Shown here in pieces: positions 9,339 through 18,380 of a DNA stretch of 45,789 bases. The notes under the pieces are model-generated. The model ran no database searches. It was not told where the DNA came from and saw only the letters and a program-made list of their open reading frames with translations. How positions within the stretch are numbered: the first letter of the stretch is position 1; each line of letters begins with the position of its first letter. The translations under genes were made by a program, and so were the position numbers. The DNA is from an uncultured Arenimonas sp. Lineage in GTDB: Bacteria; Pseudomonadota; Gammaproteobacteria; Xanthomonadales; Xanthomonadaceae. Where the stretch lies: the NCBI RefSeq assembly GCF_963976025.1, contig NZ_CAXBJS010000001.1, forward strand, positions 1-45,789. The letters are read 5' to 3'.

Positions 9339-10754
9339 TCAAGGCGAGCGATTGGATTTGCCGCGACGCGGACGCGCGCCCAGCTTGCGGGTGACGGTGT
9401 TGCGGCCCAGGCCCAGCACTTCGGCGGCGTTCTGGCGGTGGCCGCCGGTGTGTTCGAGCGCGGTCTCCAACAGGGCCTGGTCGAAGGCTTCGCGCAGCGG
9501 CGCGTGCAGGCCGGTCTCGCCGCGGTCCAGGCGCGCGCGCACCTCCGAGGCCAGCGCCTGCTGCCAGGCCGGCGGTCCCGGCGCTTCGTCTCGCGCCATG
9601 GCCTTGGCCAGGTCGCGCGGGGTGATGGTGTCGCCGGGAGCCAGCACGGCCAGGCGCCAGCACAGGTTCTCCAGTTCGCGCACGTTGCCGGGCCAGTCGT
9701 GCTTCAACAACCGTTCCATCGCCGCCGTGTCGAAACGTTTCGGCGGCGCGTCGAGTTCGTCGCCGGCCTGGGCCAGGAAACGCGCCGCCAGCGCCGGCAC
9801 GTCGGCCTTGCGCTCGCGCAGCGGCGGCAGGCGCAGGCGCACGACGTCGAGGCGGTGCAGCAGGTCGGCGCGGAAGGTGCCGGCGCGCACCTTGGCTTCC
9901 AGGTCCTGGTGGGTGGCGGCGATGACGCGCACGTCCACCTTGATCAGTTCGCGGCCACCGACGCGGTAGAACTCGCCTTCGGCCAGCACGCGCAGCAGGC
10001 GGGTCTGCAGGTTGGCCGGCATGTCGCCGATTTCGTCGAGGAACAGCGTGCCGCCGTGCGCCTGTTCGAAGCGGCCGACGTGGCGTTTGTTGGCGCCGGT
10101 GAAAGCGCCAGCCTCGTGGCCGAACAGTTCGCTTTCCAGCAGTTCGGCGGGAATGGCGGCGGTGTTGAGCGCCAGGTAGGGCCCGCGTGCGCGCGGCGAC
10201 TCGCGGTGCAGCGCGCGCGCCACCAGTTCCTTGCCGGTGCCGGTTTCGCCGGTGATCAGCACCGACAGTGGTGCCTGCGCCAGGCGGCCGATGGCGCGGA
10301 ACAGTTCGCGCATGGCCGGGGTGTCGCCGATCAGTTCGTCGCCGGTGGCGCTTGGTTCCTCGGCCACCGGTGAGGCATTCGTCGGCGGCAGCGCGCGTTC
10401 GACCAGCGCCACCGCTTCGTCGAGGTCGAAGGGTTTGGACAGGAATTCGTGGGCGCCGCCGCGGAAGGCGCCGGCGGTGCTGGCGACATCCGTGTAGGCC
10501 GACATGACCACCACGGGCAAATCGGGCTGCTGCGCCTTGAGTTGGTCCAGGAAGGCCAGGCCGTCGAGCCCCGGCATGCGCACGTCGGTGAACACCAGGT
10601 CGGGCTGTTCGCCGTCGGCCAGCGCGGCCAGTGCCTCGCGTGCGCCCTCGAAGGCCGACACCTTGTGGCCGGCGTCGCGCAGCGCCTGCACCAGCACGAA
10701 GCGCACGGTGCGGTCGTCGTCGATGACCCAGAGGTGGGCGGCCCGGGAGTTCAT
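9339..10754 (-). CDS. ntrC: Nitrogen regulation response regulator NtrC
   Basis: Receiver domain (IDDD, DVRMP), [31 protein letters not shown], Fis-type [11 protein letters not shown]. Confidence 0.95.
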   Translation of the reverse strand: MNSRAAHLWVIDDDRTVRFVLVQALRDAGHKVSAFEGAREALAALADGEQPDLVFTDVRMPGLDGLAFLDQLKAQQPDLPVVVMSAYTDVASTAGAFRGGAHEFLSKPFDLDEAVALVERALPPTNASPVAEEPSATGDELIGDTPAMRELFRAIGRLAQAPLSVLITGETGTGKELVARALHRESPRARGPYLALNTAAIPAELLESELFGHEAGAFTGANKRHVGRFEQAHGGTLFLDEIGDMPANLQTRLLRVLAEGEFYRVGGRELIKVDVRVIAATHQDLEAKVRAGTFRADLLHRLDVVRLRLPPLRERKADVPALAARFLAQAGDELDAPPKRFDTAAMERLLKHDWPGNVRELENLCWRLAVLAPGDTITPRDLAKAMARDEAPGPPAWQQALASEVRARLDRGETGLHAPLREAFDQALLETALEHTGGHRQNAAEVLGLGRNTVTRKLGARPRRGKSNRSP

Positions 10755-10765
10755 GCCACCCAGTT

Positions 10766-10782
10766 TGCACCATTCGGGTGCA
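10766..10782. promoter_or_regulatory. Putative NtrC binding site
   Basis: TGCACCATTCGGGTGCA matches the TGCAC-N7-GTGCA palindrome and lies 11 bp upstream of the ntrC ATG. Confidence 0.7.
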
Positions 10783-10887
10783 TCCTGTCGGCTTCGGTCG
10801 CTGCCCGGCAACAAGGGCAGTCCGATCGTCAATCTGCACTTCGCTTTTGGGCTAGGCTCGGTTCACGCCCCCCGCCAAGGTTGCCCC

Positions 10888-13062
10888 TTGGACAGCCGTT
10901 TCAGTTACCGCGCCTTCCTGAGCTACAGCCACGCCGACAAGGCCTGGGCTGACTGGCTGCACCGACGGCTGGAGACCTACCGGCTGCCGGCCGCCATGGT
11001 TGGCCGCGAAAGCCCCTCGGGGCCGATACCTGCCCGGCTTGCACCGATCTTCCGCGATCGCGACGAGCTGGCCGCTGCGACCGATTTGTCGACCGAGATC
11101 GATGCCGCGCTGGCGCAATCGATGTTCCTGGTGGTGGTCTGCTCGCCGGCGGCGGCCCGTTCGCGCTGGATCGACGAGGAAATCGCCGCCTTCAAGCGCC
11201 TGCACGGCGAGGACCGCGTGCGCGCGATCATCGTCGACGGTGAGCCGCTCTCGGGGGACCCGGCCACTGAGTGTTTCCCCGCGTCGCTGCGCGTGCGTTT
11301 CAACGCGCGCGGCGAGCGCACGTCCCAGCCCGCCGAGCCGATCGCAGCCGATGCGCGCCGCCAGGGCGACGGCCGGAGGTTCGCATTCCTGAAGCTGGTC
11401 GCGGGCCTTTCCGGCGCGCGCCTGGACGAGCTGGTCCGGCGCGAGCAGAAGCGCAGGCACACGCGGCTTGCCGTGCTTTCGACGGCCCTCGCCGCGCTGG
11501 TGGTGGTGCTGTCGGCCCTGACCTGGGACGCGCTGCGCCAGCGCAACGCCGCCCGTCTCGCGCAGGCCGAGGCGCAGTTCCAGCGCGACGAGGCGCAAGG
11601 CCTGGTCGAGTTCATGCTCACCGACCTTCGCCAGCGCCTGGATGCCGTGGGCCGGCTGGACGTGCTGGAGGCGGTCGGCGAACGACTTTCGGCCACCTAC
11701 GCCCGCCAGGATCTTTCCCAGCTCGATGCCGACGCCCTGGGGCGTCGCGCGCGGGTCCAACTGCTCCTGGGCGAGATAGAAAGCACCCGCGGCAATCTTG
11801 ATGCCGCGCTTTCGCAGTACCGGCAGGCCGCGGCAACCACCGGTGAGCTGCTCGCGCGCGAACCAGGTGACCCGCAGCGCATCTACGACCATGCGCAGTC
11901 GGTGTTCTGGGTCGGCCAGGTGGCCTGGCAGCGCGGCGAGGCTGATGTCGCCAGACTGCACTTCACGCAGTACCACGACTATGCGCGCCAGCTGGTCGAG
12001 CTCGATCCGGACAATGCCGACTGGCAGATGGAGCTCAATTACGGCCTGAGCAACCTTGGCACCCTGGCCATGGACCGTGGCGATGCCGTGGCGGCCGAGC
12101 GGCATTTCAGGGAGGCGCTCGAGGTCTCCCGGGCCCTTTCAGACACAGGGCCGGACGATGCCGACCGGATGATAAACACCGGTACCTCGCTGGCCTGGCT
12201 GGCCGACGCGCTGTTGCGCCAGGGCAAGCTGGCGCCGGCCGCCGGCTTGCGGGGAGAGGAAATCGCGCTCTACGAGCACTGGCTGGCCGGGCATCCGGCC
12301 GATGCCAACGTGCGCCAGCTGCTGGTGGATGCCCGATCCCGGCTGGCGCAGATCCACCTCGGCCTGGGCCTGCCGGACCAGGCCCGCAACGACGCCACGC
12401 TGGCCACGGCGCTCGCCGACGCACTGCTCGCCGGCGACCGGGAGAACATCGAATGGGTGGACCGCGCCTCGCTGGCGCATGCCGTCGCAGGCGAAGCCTA
12501 CCTTCACCTGGGCCAGCACGACCTGGCCCGGGCCTCGCTGCAGCGGGCGATGGGGATCGCCGAGGATTTCGTCGCCGGCAAGGGCGGACTTGAGCGCTCG
12601 CGCAGCCTGACCAGCACCCAACCGCGCCTCGTGCTGGCGGCACTTCATGCGCGGGAGGGTCGTGCCTCCGAGGCGCGGTCGATATACGCGGACGTAGCGA
12701 ACCGCTACCGCGACGACCAGGCCGCGGGCAACAGCCTGTACCCGGTCGCCCGGCGTCGTCTTGCCGAAGCGCTGGCGGGCCAGGTCCGGCTCGCCGGCAC
12801 CGGCGGGCCGGGCTGGCAGGACGTGGTCGCGCTGCTCGAGCCCGCTCGGGGACGACTGGCCCCTGAGGAAGCGGGGCTGCTGGCGGAGGCCTATGCCCGG
12901 ACTGGGCGCCTTGAAGAAGGTGCGGCGCTTTTCGCGCCGCTGCATGCCGCAGGCTACCGGCATCCGGATTTCATGGCCGTACTCGACCGGTTTCCTGCGT
13001 TGCTAATAGAAACCGGCACGACCGACCTCAACGATCCATCCCAAGGACGAACCAATGACTGA
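10888..13062 (+). CDS. TIR domain - hydrophobic (TM) helix - coiled coil - TPR-repeat protein (about 724 aa)
   Basis: YRAFLSYSHAD, IFRDRDEL and LVVVCSPAAARSRWIDEEI match the bacterial TIR pattern. A hydrophobic helix at 11467-11526 is followed by TPR-like helical repeats. The start (TTG 10888) is uncertain. Confidence 0.88.
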   Translation: MDSRFSYRAFLSYSHADKAWADWLHRRLETYRLPAAMVGRESPSGPIPARLAPIFRDRDELAAATDLSTEIDAALAQSMFLVVVCSPAAARSRWIDEEIAAFKRLHGEDRVRAIIVDGEPLSGDPATECFPASLRVRFNARGERTSQPAEPIAADARRQGDGRRFAFLKLVAGLSGARLDELVRREQKRRHTRLAVLSTALAALVVVLSALTWDALRQRNAARLAQAEAQFQRDEAQGLVEFMLTDLRQRLDAVGRLDVLEAVGERLSATYARQDLSQLDADALGRRARVQLLLGEIESTRGNLDAALSQYRQAAATTGELLAREPGDPQRIYDHAQSVFWVGQVAWQRGEADVARLHFTQYHDYARQLVELDPDNADWQMELNYGLSNLGTLAMDRGDAVAAERHFREALEVSRALSDTGPDDADRMINTGTSLAWLADALLRQGKLAPAAGLRGEEIALYEHWLAGHPADANVRQLLVDARSRLAQIHLGLGLPDQARNDATLATALADALLAGDRENIEWVDRASLAHAVAGEAYLHLGQHDLARASLQRAMGIAEDFVAGKGGLERSRSLTSTQPRLVLAALHAREGRASEARSIYADVANRYRDDQAAGNSLYPVARRRLAEALAGQVRLAGTGGPGWQDVVALLEPARGRLAPEEAGLLAEAYARTGRLEEGAALFAPLHAAGYRHPDFMAVLDRFPALLIETGTTDLNDPSQGRTND

Positions 13063-13651
13063 CCAAGGCAAGTCGGAGATGGACTCCGCGAACGCGGGGA
13101 GAGCCGCCATGGGCCTGCCCGGGCTCATCCTTACGCCAATCGAAGCCGCGGCATTGCCTGCGCACGTCGTGGGCGGGGCCAGCGTGACGCTCTCCCTGCG
13201 CGACAACGTGATGTGGTTCTCCGCCGCCGCCGCCGGCTACAACCCACCCAGCGGCCAGACGATGCTGGCGGCCGAAGTGCCGCCGCTGGTTATCCGCACC
13301 GATGGCGGTGATATCGACCTCACGGGGTTTCCGCCCGGCGACGTGCAATTGACGGTGCTGATCGACGACAGCGTGTTCAACGGTGGCTACCGGATCCCCG
13401 CCGACGCGTGGCAGGCCGTGGCGCTGGCGGCGAATCCCGTGGGTGGCCCGCCCAGTACGCCGGTGTTCGGCCAGGCGAACTGGCCCGCCAACTTCGGGGC
13501 GCCCGTGGTGGCAGCCGACCAGCGTTCGGTTACGTGGATCGACACGGAGTCCGACCAGAACGTCTACGAGTACTCCCTGGCGCTCGATGGCCCGAACGGC
13601 CGCATCGTCATCGACCCCAAGATCAAGCCCGGCGGAAGCACCAACCGCTGA
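13055..13651 (+). CDS. Small beta-rich hypothetical protein with C-terminal DPKIKPGGSTNR (paralog 1)
   Basis: ATG overlaps the TIR stop by 8 nt with AAGGA upstream; alternative ATG at 13109. Paralogous to the next gene. No signal peptide. Confidence 0.85.
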   Translation: MTDQGKSEMDSANAGRAAMGLPGLILTPIEAAALPAHVVGGASVTLSLRDNVMWFSAAAAGYNPPSGQTMLAAEVPPLVIRTDGGDIDLTGFPPGDVQLTVLIDDSVFNGGYRIPADAWQAVALAANPVGGPPSTPVFGQANWPANFGAPVVAADQRSVTWIDTESDQNVYEYSLALDGPNGRIVIDPKIKPGGSTNR

Positions 13652-13683
13652 GATCCCGCGGCAGCGCCTGAAGGAGCAAGAAG

Positions 13684-14172
13684 ATGACGAGCAGCAATCC
13701 GAATGAGGTCGGCAGTGTCAACGTCGGCGTCAACCTCAAGGACGGCGTCCTGGGCTTTTCCTACCTGGGCGAGTCCTTCAGGACGCCTGCCGGTGGCGAA
13801 GTGTCCGGGATCGTGGCGCAAACCAACGGCGACATCGACCTGTCCAACACCCCGCACGGCGACGTCAGGATCACGGTGTCGCTGGAGGACTCCGCCTACG
13901 GCGCCGGCTGCCGGTTTCCGGGCGATCCATGGCAGGCCGTCGCCCTGGCCGCCGCCCCCGCCTCCCAGCCGCCGCCCCAGCCCGTATTCGACCAGGCACG
14001 CTGGCCTGCGAACTTCCTGCCGCCGACCGTCTCGGCCGACCGGCGCTCGGTGACCTGGGTGGATCTGGAAGCCGACCAGAAGGTTTACGAATACTCGGTC
14101 GCCGTCGACGGGCCCCATGGACGGGTGGTGTTGGATCCAAAGATCAAGCCCGGCGGAAGCACAAACCGCTGA
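13684..14172 (+). CDS. Small beta-rich hypothetical protein with C-terminal DPKIKPGGSTNR (paralog 2)
   Basis: AAGGAG RBS. Hand alignment gives 75/114 identities, ungapped, with paralog 1 from GDIDL to the C-terminus. Confidence 0.88.
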   Translation: MTSSNPNEVGSVNVGVNLKDGVLGFSYLGESFRTPAGGEVSGIVAQTNGDIDLSNTPHGDVRITVSLEDSAYGAGCRFPGDPWQAVALAAAPASQPPPQPVFDQARWPANFLPPTVSADRRSVTWVDLEADQKVYEYSVAVDGPHGRVVLDPKIKPGGSTNR

Positions 14173-14192
14173 AAGCGAAAGCATGTGCCCGG

Positions 14193-15236
14193 CTAGTCCG
14201 GGGCGACTGCTTCGGGCGACGGCGCCGGCAGCAGCAAGGTGAACACCGTATGCCCCGGCCGCGAGCGGTAGCCCAGCGATCCCCCGTGTTCGCGTGCAAC
14301 CTGCTGGGCCAGCGGCAGGCCCAGGCCGGTGCCTTCGGCGCGGCCGCTGACCAGGGGCAGGAAGATGCGTTCGGCCAGGTCGTCGGGAACTCCGCGGCCG
14401 TCGTCGGCGATTTCCACGCGCAGGGCCAGGCGGTGGCTGGTGTCGCCGATCAGCACGTGGTGTTCGGCGCGGGTGCGCAGCCAGACGTTGGACGCGCCCG
14501 ATTCAAGCGCATTGCGCACCAGGTTCCACAGCGCCTGCACCAGGCGGTCGGCGTCGCCGGCGAATTCCGGCAGTGACGGATCAAAGTCGCGCACCAGTTT
14601 CACGGCCCAGCCGGCTTCGACTTCGGCCAGCTGGCGCACGCGTTCAAGCACGGCGTGGATGTTGGTGGGTTCGAAGTCGCGCGGCGGCGCCGGATTCATC
14701 AGGCGGTCCACCAGCGCCGCGAGGCGATCGACTTCGGCGCTGATCAGCTGCACGAGTTCGGTGGACTCTTCGCCTTCGACGCGGCGCGCCAGCAACTGCG
14801 CGGCGCCCTTCATGCCGGCCAGCGGGTTGCGGATTTCGTGGGCCAGGCCCTTGAGCGCGGCCGACAGCGCCGCCGGCAGGGCGGTGGCGGGGTCTTCGCC
14901 GGGGAATTCGTCGGCCGGATGGGCTTCGAGCCACAGGCCGCCGTCTTCGCCGCGCGCCAGCCACAGGTCGGCAAACCGTTCGCTGCCACCCGGGCTGGCC
15001 AGGCGGGCGCGGCGCACGCGCAGGGCGCCGCCGGTGTCGGGCAGGCGCGGCAGCAGTTCGGCCAGGCGGTCGCCTTCGGCGTCGAGTTCGGCCAGGGACA
15101 GACCGTGCAGTCGGCGCGCGCTGACGCCCAGCCAGCTGGCGAAGGCGGGCGTGCAGCCGGCGAGCTTGCCTTCGGCGTCCAGCCAGGCGAGCGGCGTGGC
15201 CAGTTGGTCCAGGGACGGGGGCGCGGCGGGCGACAT
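14193..15236 (-). CDS. ntrB: Nitrogen regulation histidine kinase NtrB
   Basis: PAS-like N-terminus; H-box GLAHEIRNPL, DPSLP, NLVRNA, IFLPLVSGRAEGTGLGL, SRPGHTVF. Confidence 0.93.
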   Translation of the reverse strand: MSPAAPPSLDQLATPLAWLDAEGKLAGCTPAFASWLGVSARRLHGLSLAELDAEGDRLAELLPRLPDTGGALRVRRARLASPGGSERFADLWLARGEDGGLWLEAHPADEFPGEDPATALPAALSAALKGLAHEIRNPLAGMKGAAQLLARRVEGEESTELVQLISAEVDRLAALVDRLMNPAPPRDFEPTNIHAVLERVRQLAEVEAGWAVKLVRDFDPSLPEFAGDADRLVQALWNLVRNALESGASNVWLRTRAEHHVLIGDTSHRLALRVEIADDGRGVPDDLAERIFLPLVSGRAEGTGLGLPLAQQVAREHGGSLGYRSRPGHTVFTLLLPAPSPEAVAPD

Positions 15237-15276
15237 GCCCGCAAGCATAGTGGAGCCGGCGGCGACCGCGCTGCCC

Positions 15277-16401
15277 CTAGCCGACGAAACGCCGCAGCGG
15301 CGTGTGCCGCACCAGCAGCTGGTAGCTGAGCAGGCACAGCGCCAGCGTGCCGGCGCTGGCCAGCGCGAACTTCAGCGGCCAGTGCAGTTCAAGGTCCATC
15401 AGCAGGTACTGGATGGCGAACAGCAGCGGCAGGTGCAGCAGGTAGGTCCAGTACGCGCTTTGGGCGAGGTAGCGCATCACCGGGTTCGGCCGGTTCAGCA
15501 GGCGCTGGCCCGCCAGCAGGCAAGACACGGTCAGCCAGACGCTTAGCAGCGCTTCGAGCGCGGCGACCGGCCAGGAGGCGGTTGGCGTTTCGGAACCCGG
15601 AAGTTCAACCCGCAGTCGCCACAGGAACACCAGGTACAGCAGCACGCAGCCGGCGAACAGCCAGGGTGCGAACGGTCGGGCGCGTTGCAGCCAGTCCGGC
15701 CGTGCGTGGACCTGCGTGCCCAGTGCGAAGAACGCCCCATAAAAAACCAGCGCCCAGAATTGTGGCAGCAGGCCTTCCGGCGCCGGGTGCGGCGCGCTGA
15801 CCGTGGCCAGCGCCGGGGCCAGCAACAGTGGCAGCCCCAGCAGCACCCAGGCCGGATGCCGGTCCAGCAGCCACCGGCCCAGGCGACCCAGTTCCAGCGT
15901 GCGCGCGACCCAATGCAGGACCGCGAACAGCAGCAGGTAGTAGAGGAACCACAGATGCGCCGTGCCCGGCGGCATTCGCGGCCGATCCGGCAGCAGCATC
16001 CAGGCGCGCACCATTTCCAGCAGGGGCGAGGGATGCTGCACGTTCGCCAGCGCCCAGTCGGTGCTCGCCGACAAGGACCACCACACCAACGGCCAGGCAA
16101 CCAGGAAAGGCAGCAGGATGCGCCGCACGCGCTGGCGGGCCAGCGCCATGCCGCCGCGCCGGCCCAGGATCCAGGCTGCGAAAAATCCCGCCACCAGGAA
16201 AAAAAGCGGCATGCGCACCAGGTGCAGTCCCCACGCCGCGACATCCACCCACGCCGACGATTGCCGGTCGGCCAGCGGCCAGAAGTCATGCATCAGCGGG
16301 CTGTAGGCCAGGGCCGCATGGAAGAACACGCCGGCCAGCATCGCCAGCGCGCGCAGGTGGTCCATGTAGTGCAGCCGGTCCTGCGTCGCGCTGGCGTCCA
16401 T
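15277..16401 (-). CDS. Acyltransferase family 3 membrane protein (OpgC/MdoC-like)
   Basis: RLHYMDHLRA, RMPLFFLVAG, HLWFLYYL and YLLHLP motifs; many TM segments. Confidence 0.88.
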   Translation of the reverse strand: MDASATQDRLHYMDHLRALAMLAGVFFHAALAYSPLMHDFWPLADRQSSAWVDVAAWGLHLVRMPLFFLVAGFFAAWILGRRGGMALARQRVRRILLPFLVAWPLVWWSLSASTDWALANVQHPSPLLEMVRAWMLLPDRPRMPPGTAHLWFLYYLLLFAVLHWVARTLELGRLGRWLLDRHPAWVLLGLPLLLAPALATVSAPHPAPEGLLPQFWALVFYGAFFALGTQVHARPDWLQRARPFAPWLFAGCVLLYLVFLWRLRVELPGSETPTASWPVAALEALLSVWLTVSCLLAGQRLLNRPNPVMRYLAQSAYWTYLLHLPLLFAIQYLLMDLELHWPLKFALASAGTLALCLLSYQLLVRHTPLRRFVG

Positions 16402-16405
16402 GGCG

Positions 16406-17083
16406 TCAGTAGAACGCCGGCTTGCGCGCGTGCACCCAGGTGGTGACCGCGATCACCGCGAGACTCGCCAGCACCAGGCCCGCCAGAATGCCCAGGGCTT
16501 CGGGCGTCCAGACGATGGCGTCCTTGCTGACGCGGTCGTTGATGGCGGGAATCTGCGACATACCCATGATGAAGGGATTGATCAGCACCATCGAACCGAT
16601 CATCGCGAACGTGGCCCAGCCTTCCGACTCCACCGACATCGCCACCGCCAGGGACACGCTGAAGGCGAACAGGATGTAGGCGTAGATGAGCAGCGAATAG
16701 ACGAACAGCCCATCGGGCAGCGGCGTGAACAGCACCACCGCCAGCGTGCCGCCGGCAATGATGGCGAAGGGCACGGCGAAGGTGAGCACGTTGCCGGCGA
16801 TCTTCGCCACCGTGAAATCCAGCGGTGACACCGGCAGGCTCATCACGAAGGCGAGGGTTTTTTCCTTGCGCTCGACCATCAGGGACGTCGAGATCGAGAA
16901 GCAGGCAATCGACACCGTGACGATGATCAACATCAGCGAGCCGATGTAGAACGCCCACGGCTTGGCCAGCCCCAGGAAACACAGGGCGACGATGCCGGCC
17001 AGCACGTACAGGGCCAGCTGCTTCTGGAACAACTGCCAGTCCTTGGCCACCAGCAGGCGGATCACGGGGGTGTTGAGCGTCAT
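16406..17083 (-). CDS. ABC-2 type transporter permease
   Basis: About six hydrophobic helices; ERKEKTLAFVMSLPVS motif; overlaps the ATPase gene. Confidence 0.85.
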   Translation of the reverse strand: MTLNTPVIRLLVAKDWQLFQKQLALYVLAGIVALCFLGLAKPWAFYIGSLMLIIVTVSIACFSISTSLMVERKEKTLAFVMSLPVSPLDFTVAKIAGNVLTFAVPFAIIAGGTLAVVLFTPLPDGLFVYSLLIYAYILFAFSVSLAVAMSVESEGWATFAMIGSMVLINPFIMGMSQIPAINDRVSKDAIVWTPEALGILAGLVLASLAVIAVTTWVHARKPAFY

Positions 17084-17964
17084 GCCACGTCTCCCGAACG
17101 AACGGCGGTGATGAAGATGTCTTCCAGGTTCATCGGGTCGGTGCGCTGTACCTGCAGACCCGTCGCGGCCAGTCGCGCCGGCAGCGTGTCGTTCCAGGCA
17201 CGTGCCTTGATCTCGACCAGGCTGCCGTTGGCGCGGGCGCTGGCGATTTCAGGCCAGTCGCCGATGTCCGCGGGCAGCGCGCCCTGGCAGACGATACGGC
17301 GCCAGCTTTCCAGGAAGCTGTCCTTGTCGGCCGACGCGACCAGGCGGCCCTGGTGCAGGAAGGTGATGGTGTCGGCCAGCTGTTCGATGTCGTGGGTGTT
17401 GTGCGATGAGAACAGCACGCTGCGCTGTTCGTCGCGCAGCACGTCGGCCAGGGCTTCAAGCACTTCGATGCGCGCCACGGGATCCAGGCCGGTGGTGGGT
17501 TCGTCGAGCAGCAGCAGGCGCGGGCGGCGGGCCAGGCACAGCAGCAGCAGGGCCTTGACCCGCTGGCCGTGCGAGAAGCCGCCCACGGCCTGTTCGGGCC
17601 GCACGTCGAAGCGCTTCACCAGCTCGCCGGCGTAGCTTTCGTCCCAACCGGGGTAGATGTTCTTCACCAGGTCCATGTGCCAGCGCAGGCTCTGGCCGCG
17701 GTACAGGCGCATGTCTTCGGAGGCGAAGCCGATGTCGCGCTTGGCGGCGACCTGCGCCCCGGGCAGGCGGTGGCCCAGCACCGTGACCTGGCCTTCGTCG
17801 GGCGCGGCCAGGCCGGTCAGCAGCCGCAGCAGCGTGGTCTTGCCGGCGCCGTTCGCGCCCACCAGGCCCATGACCTGGCCTTCGGGTAGCTGCAGCGTGA
17901 TGTCGCGCAACGCGAAGTGCGGGTAGCGCTTGGCGATGCCGGTCAGGGAGAAGGCCGGGGTCAT
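17080..17964 (-). CDS. ABC transporter ATP-binding protein
   Basis: GANGAGKTT, FSHGQ, LLLDEPTTGLD and SSH motifs. Confidence 0.93.
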   Translation of the reverse strand: MTPAFSLTGIAKRYPHFALRDITLQLPEGQVMGLVGANGAGKTTLLRLLTGLAAPDEGQVTVLGHRLPGAQVAAKRDIGFASEDMRLYRGQSLRWHMDLVKNIYPGWDESYAGELVKRFDVRPEQAVGGFSHGQRVKALLLLCLARRPRLLLLDEPTTGLDPVARIEVLEALADVLRDEQRSVLFSSHNTHDIEQLADTITFLHQGRLVASADKDSFLESWRRIVCQGALPADIGDWPEIASARANGSLVEIKARAWNDTLPARLAATGLQVQRTDPMNLEDIFITAVRSGDVA

Positions 17965-18368
17965 GGCGTGTGTCCTTTCGGGGTGTCGGGGCCGGCCTCG
18001 GCCGCGTCTGCGGCAGCGTCGAGGAAGCGGTGCAGGTCGGCGCGGGAAAGGCCCAGGCGCGTGGCGATCGCCAGCAGGGCCTCGAGCTGGCGCTGCAGCT
18101 CGTCGTGCATCAGCACGGTGGGCAGGTCGGAACGCTCGGCGACCACCGAACCCTTGCCCTGGCGGGTGGCGATGACGCCGGCGCGCTCGAGCTCTTCGTA
18201 GGCGCGGCGCACGGTGATGACGCTGACGTGGCTGGCCGCCGCCAGTTCACGGATGGACGGCAGGGACTGACCGGGCGCCCAGTCGCCGGCCATCACCTTG
18301 GCGGTGATCTGGTCGGCGATCTGCTGGTACATCGGCCGGGGGTCACTGGCCGACAGGAAGAGTTCCAT
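17961..18368 (-). CDS. GntR family (YtrA subfamily) regulator
   Basis: PMYQQI, LPSIRELA, TVRRAYEELE and QGKGS; short C-terminus; heads an ABC operon. Confidence 0.9.
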   Translation of the reverse strand: MELFLSASDPRPMYQQIADQITAKVMAGDWAPGQSLPSIRELAAASHVSVITVRRAYEELERAGVIATRQGKGSVVAERSDLPTVLMHDELQRQLEALLAIATRLGLSRADLHRFLDAAADAAEAGPDTPKGHTP

Positions 18369-18380
18369 GCGCGGAGGCTA

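Noticed and set aside
10504-10887. N-terminal extension of the TIR ORF (852-aa version)
   Set aside because: It overlaps ntrC on the opposite strand, and TIR similarity only starts at about 10906.
13030-13062. TIR protein C-terminus NDPSQGRTND loosely resembling the DPKIKPGGSTNR tail
   Set aside because: The match is too weak, and the region is constrained by the RBS and start of the overlapping next gene.
13613-14172. Small paralogs as ubiquitin-like modifiers (GG near the C-terminus)
   Set aside because: No E1, E2 or JAB gene is in the window and no beta-grasp signature is evident. Kept only as a minor alternative.
10888-14172. Assignment to Thoeris, CBASS or Avs
   Set aside because: No SIR2/Macro effector, cyclase or STAND NTPase motifs are visible.
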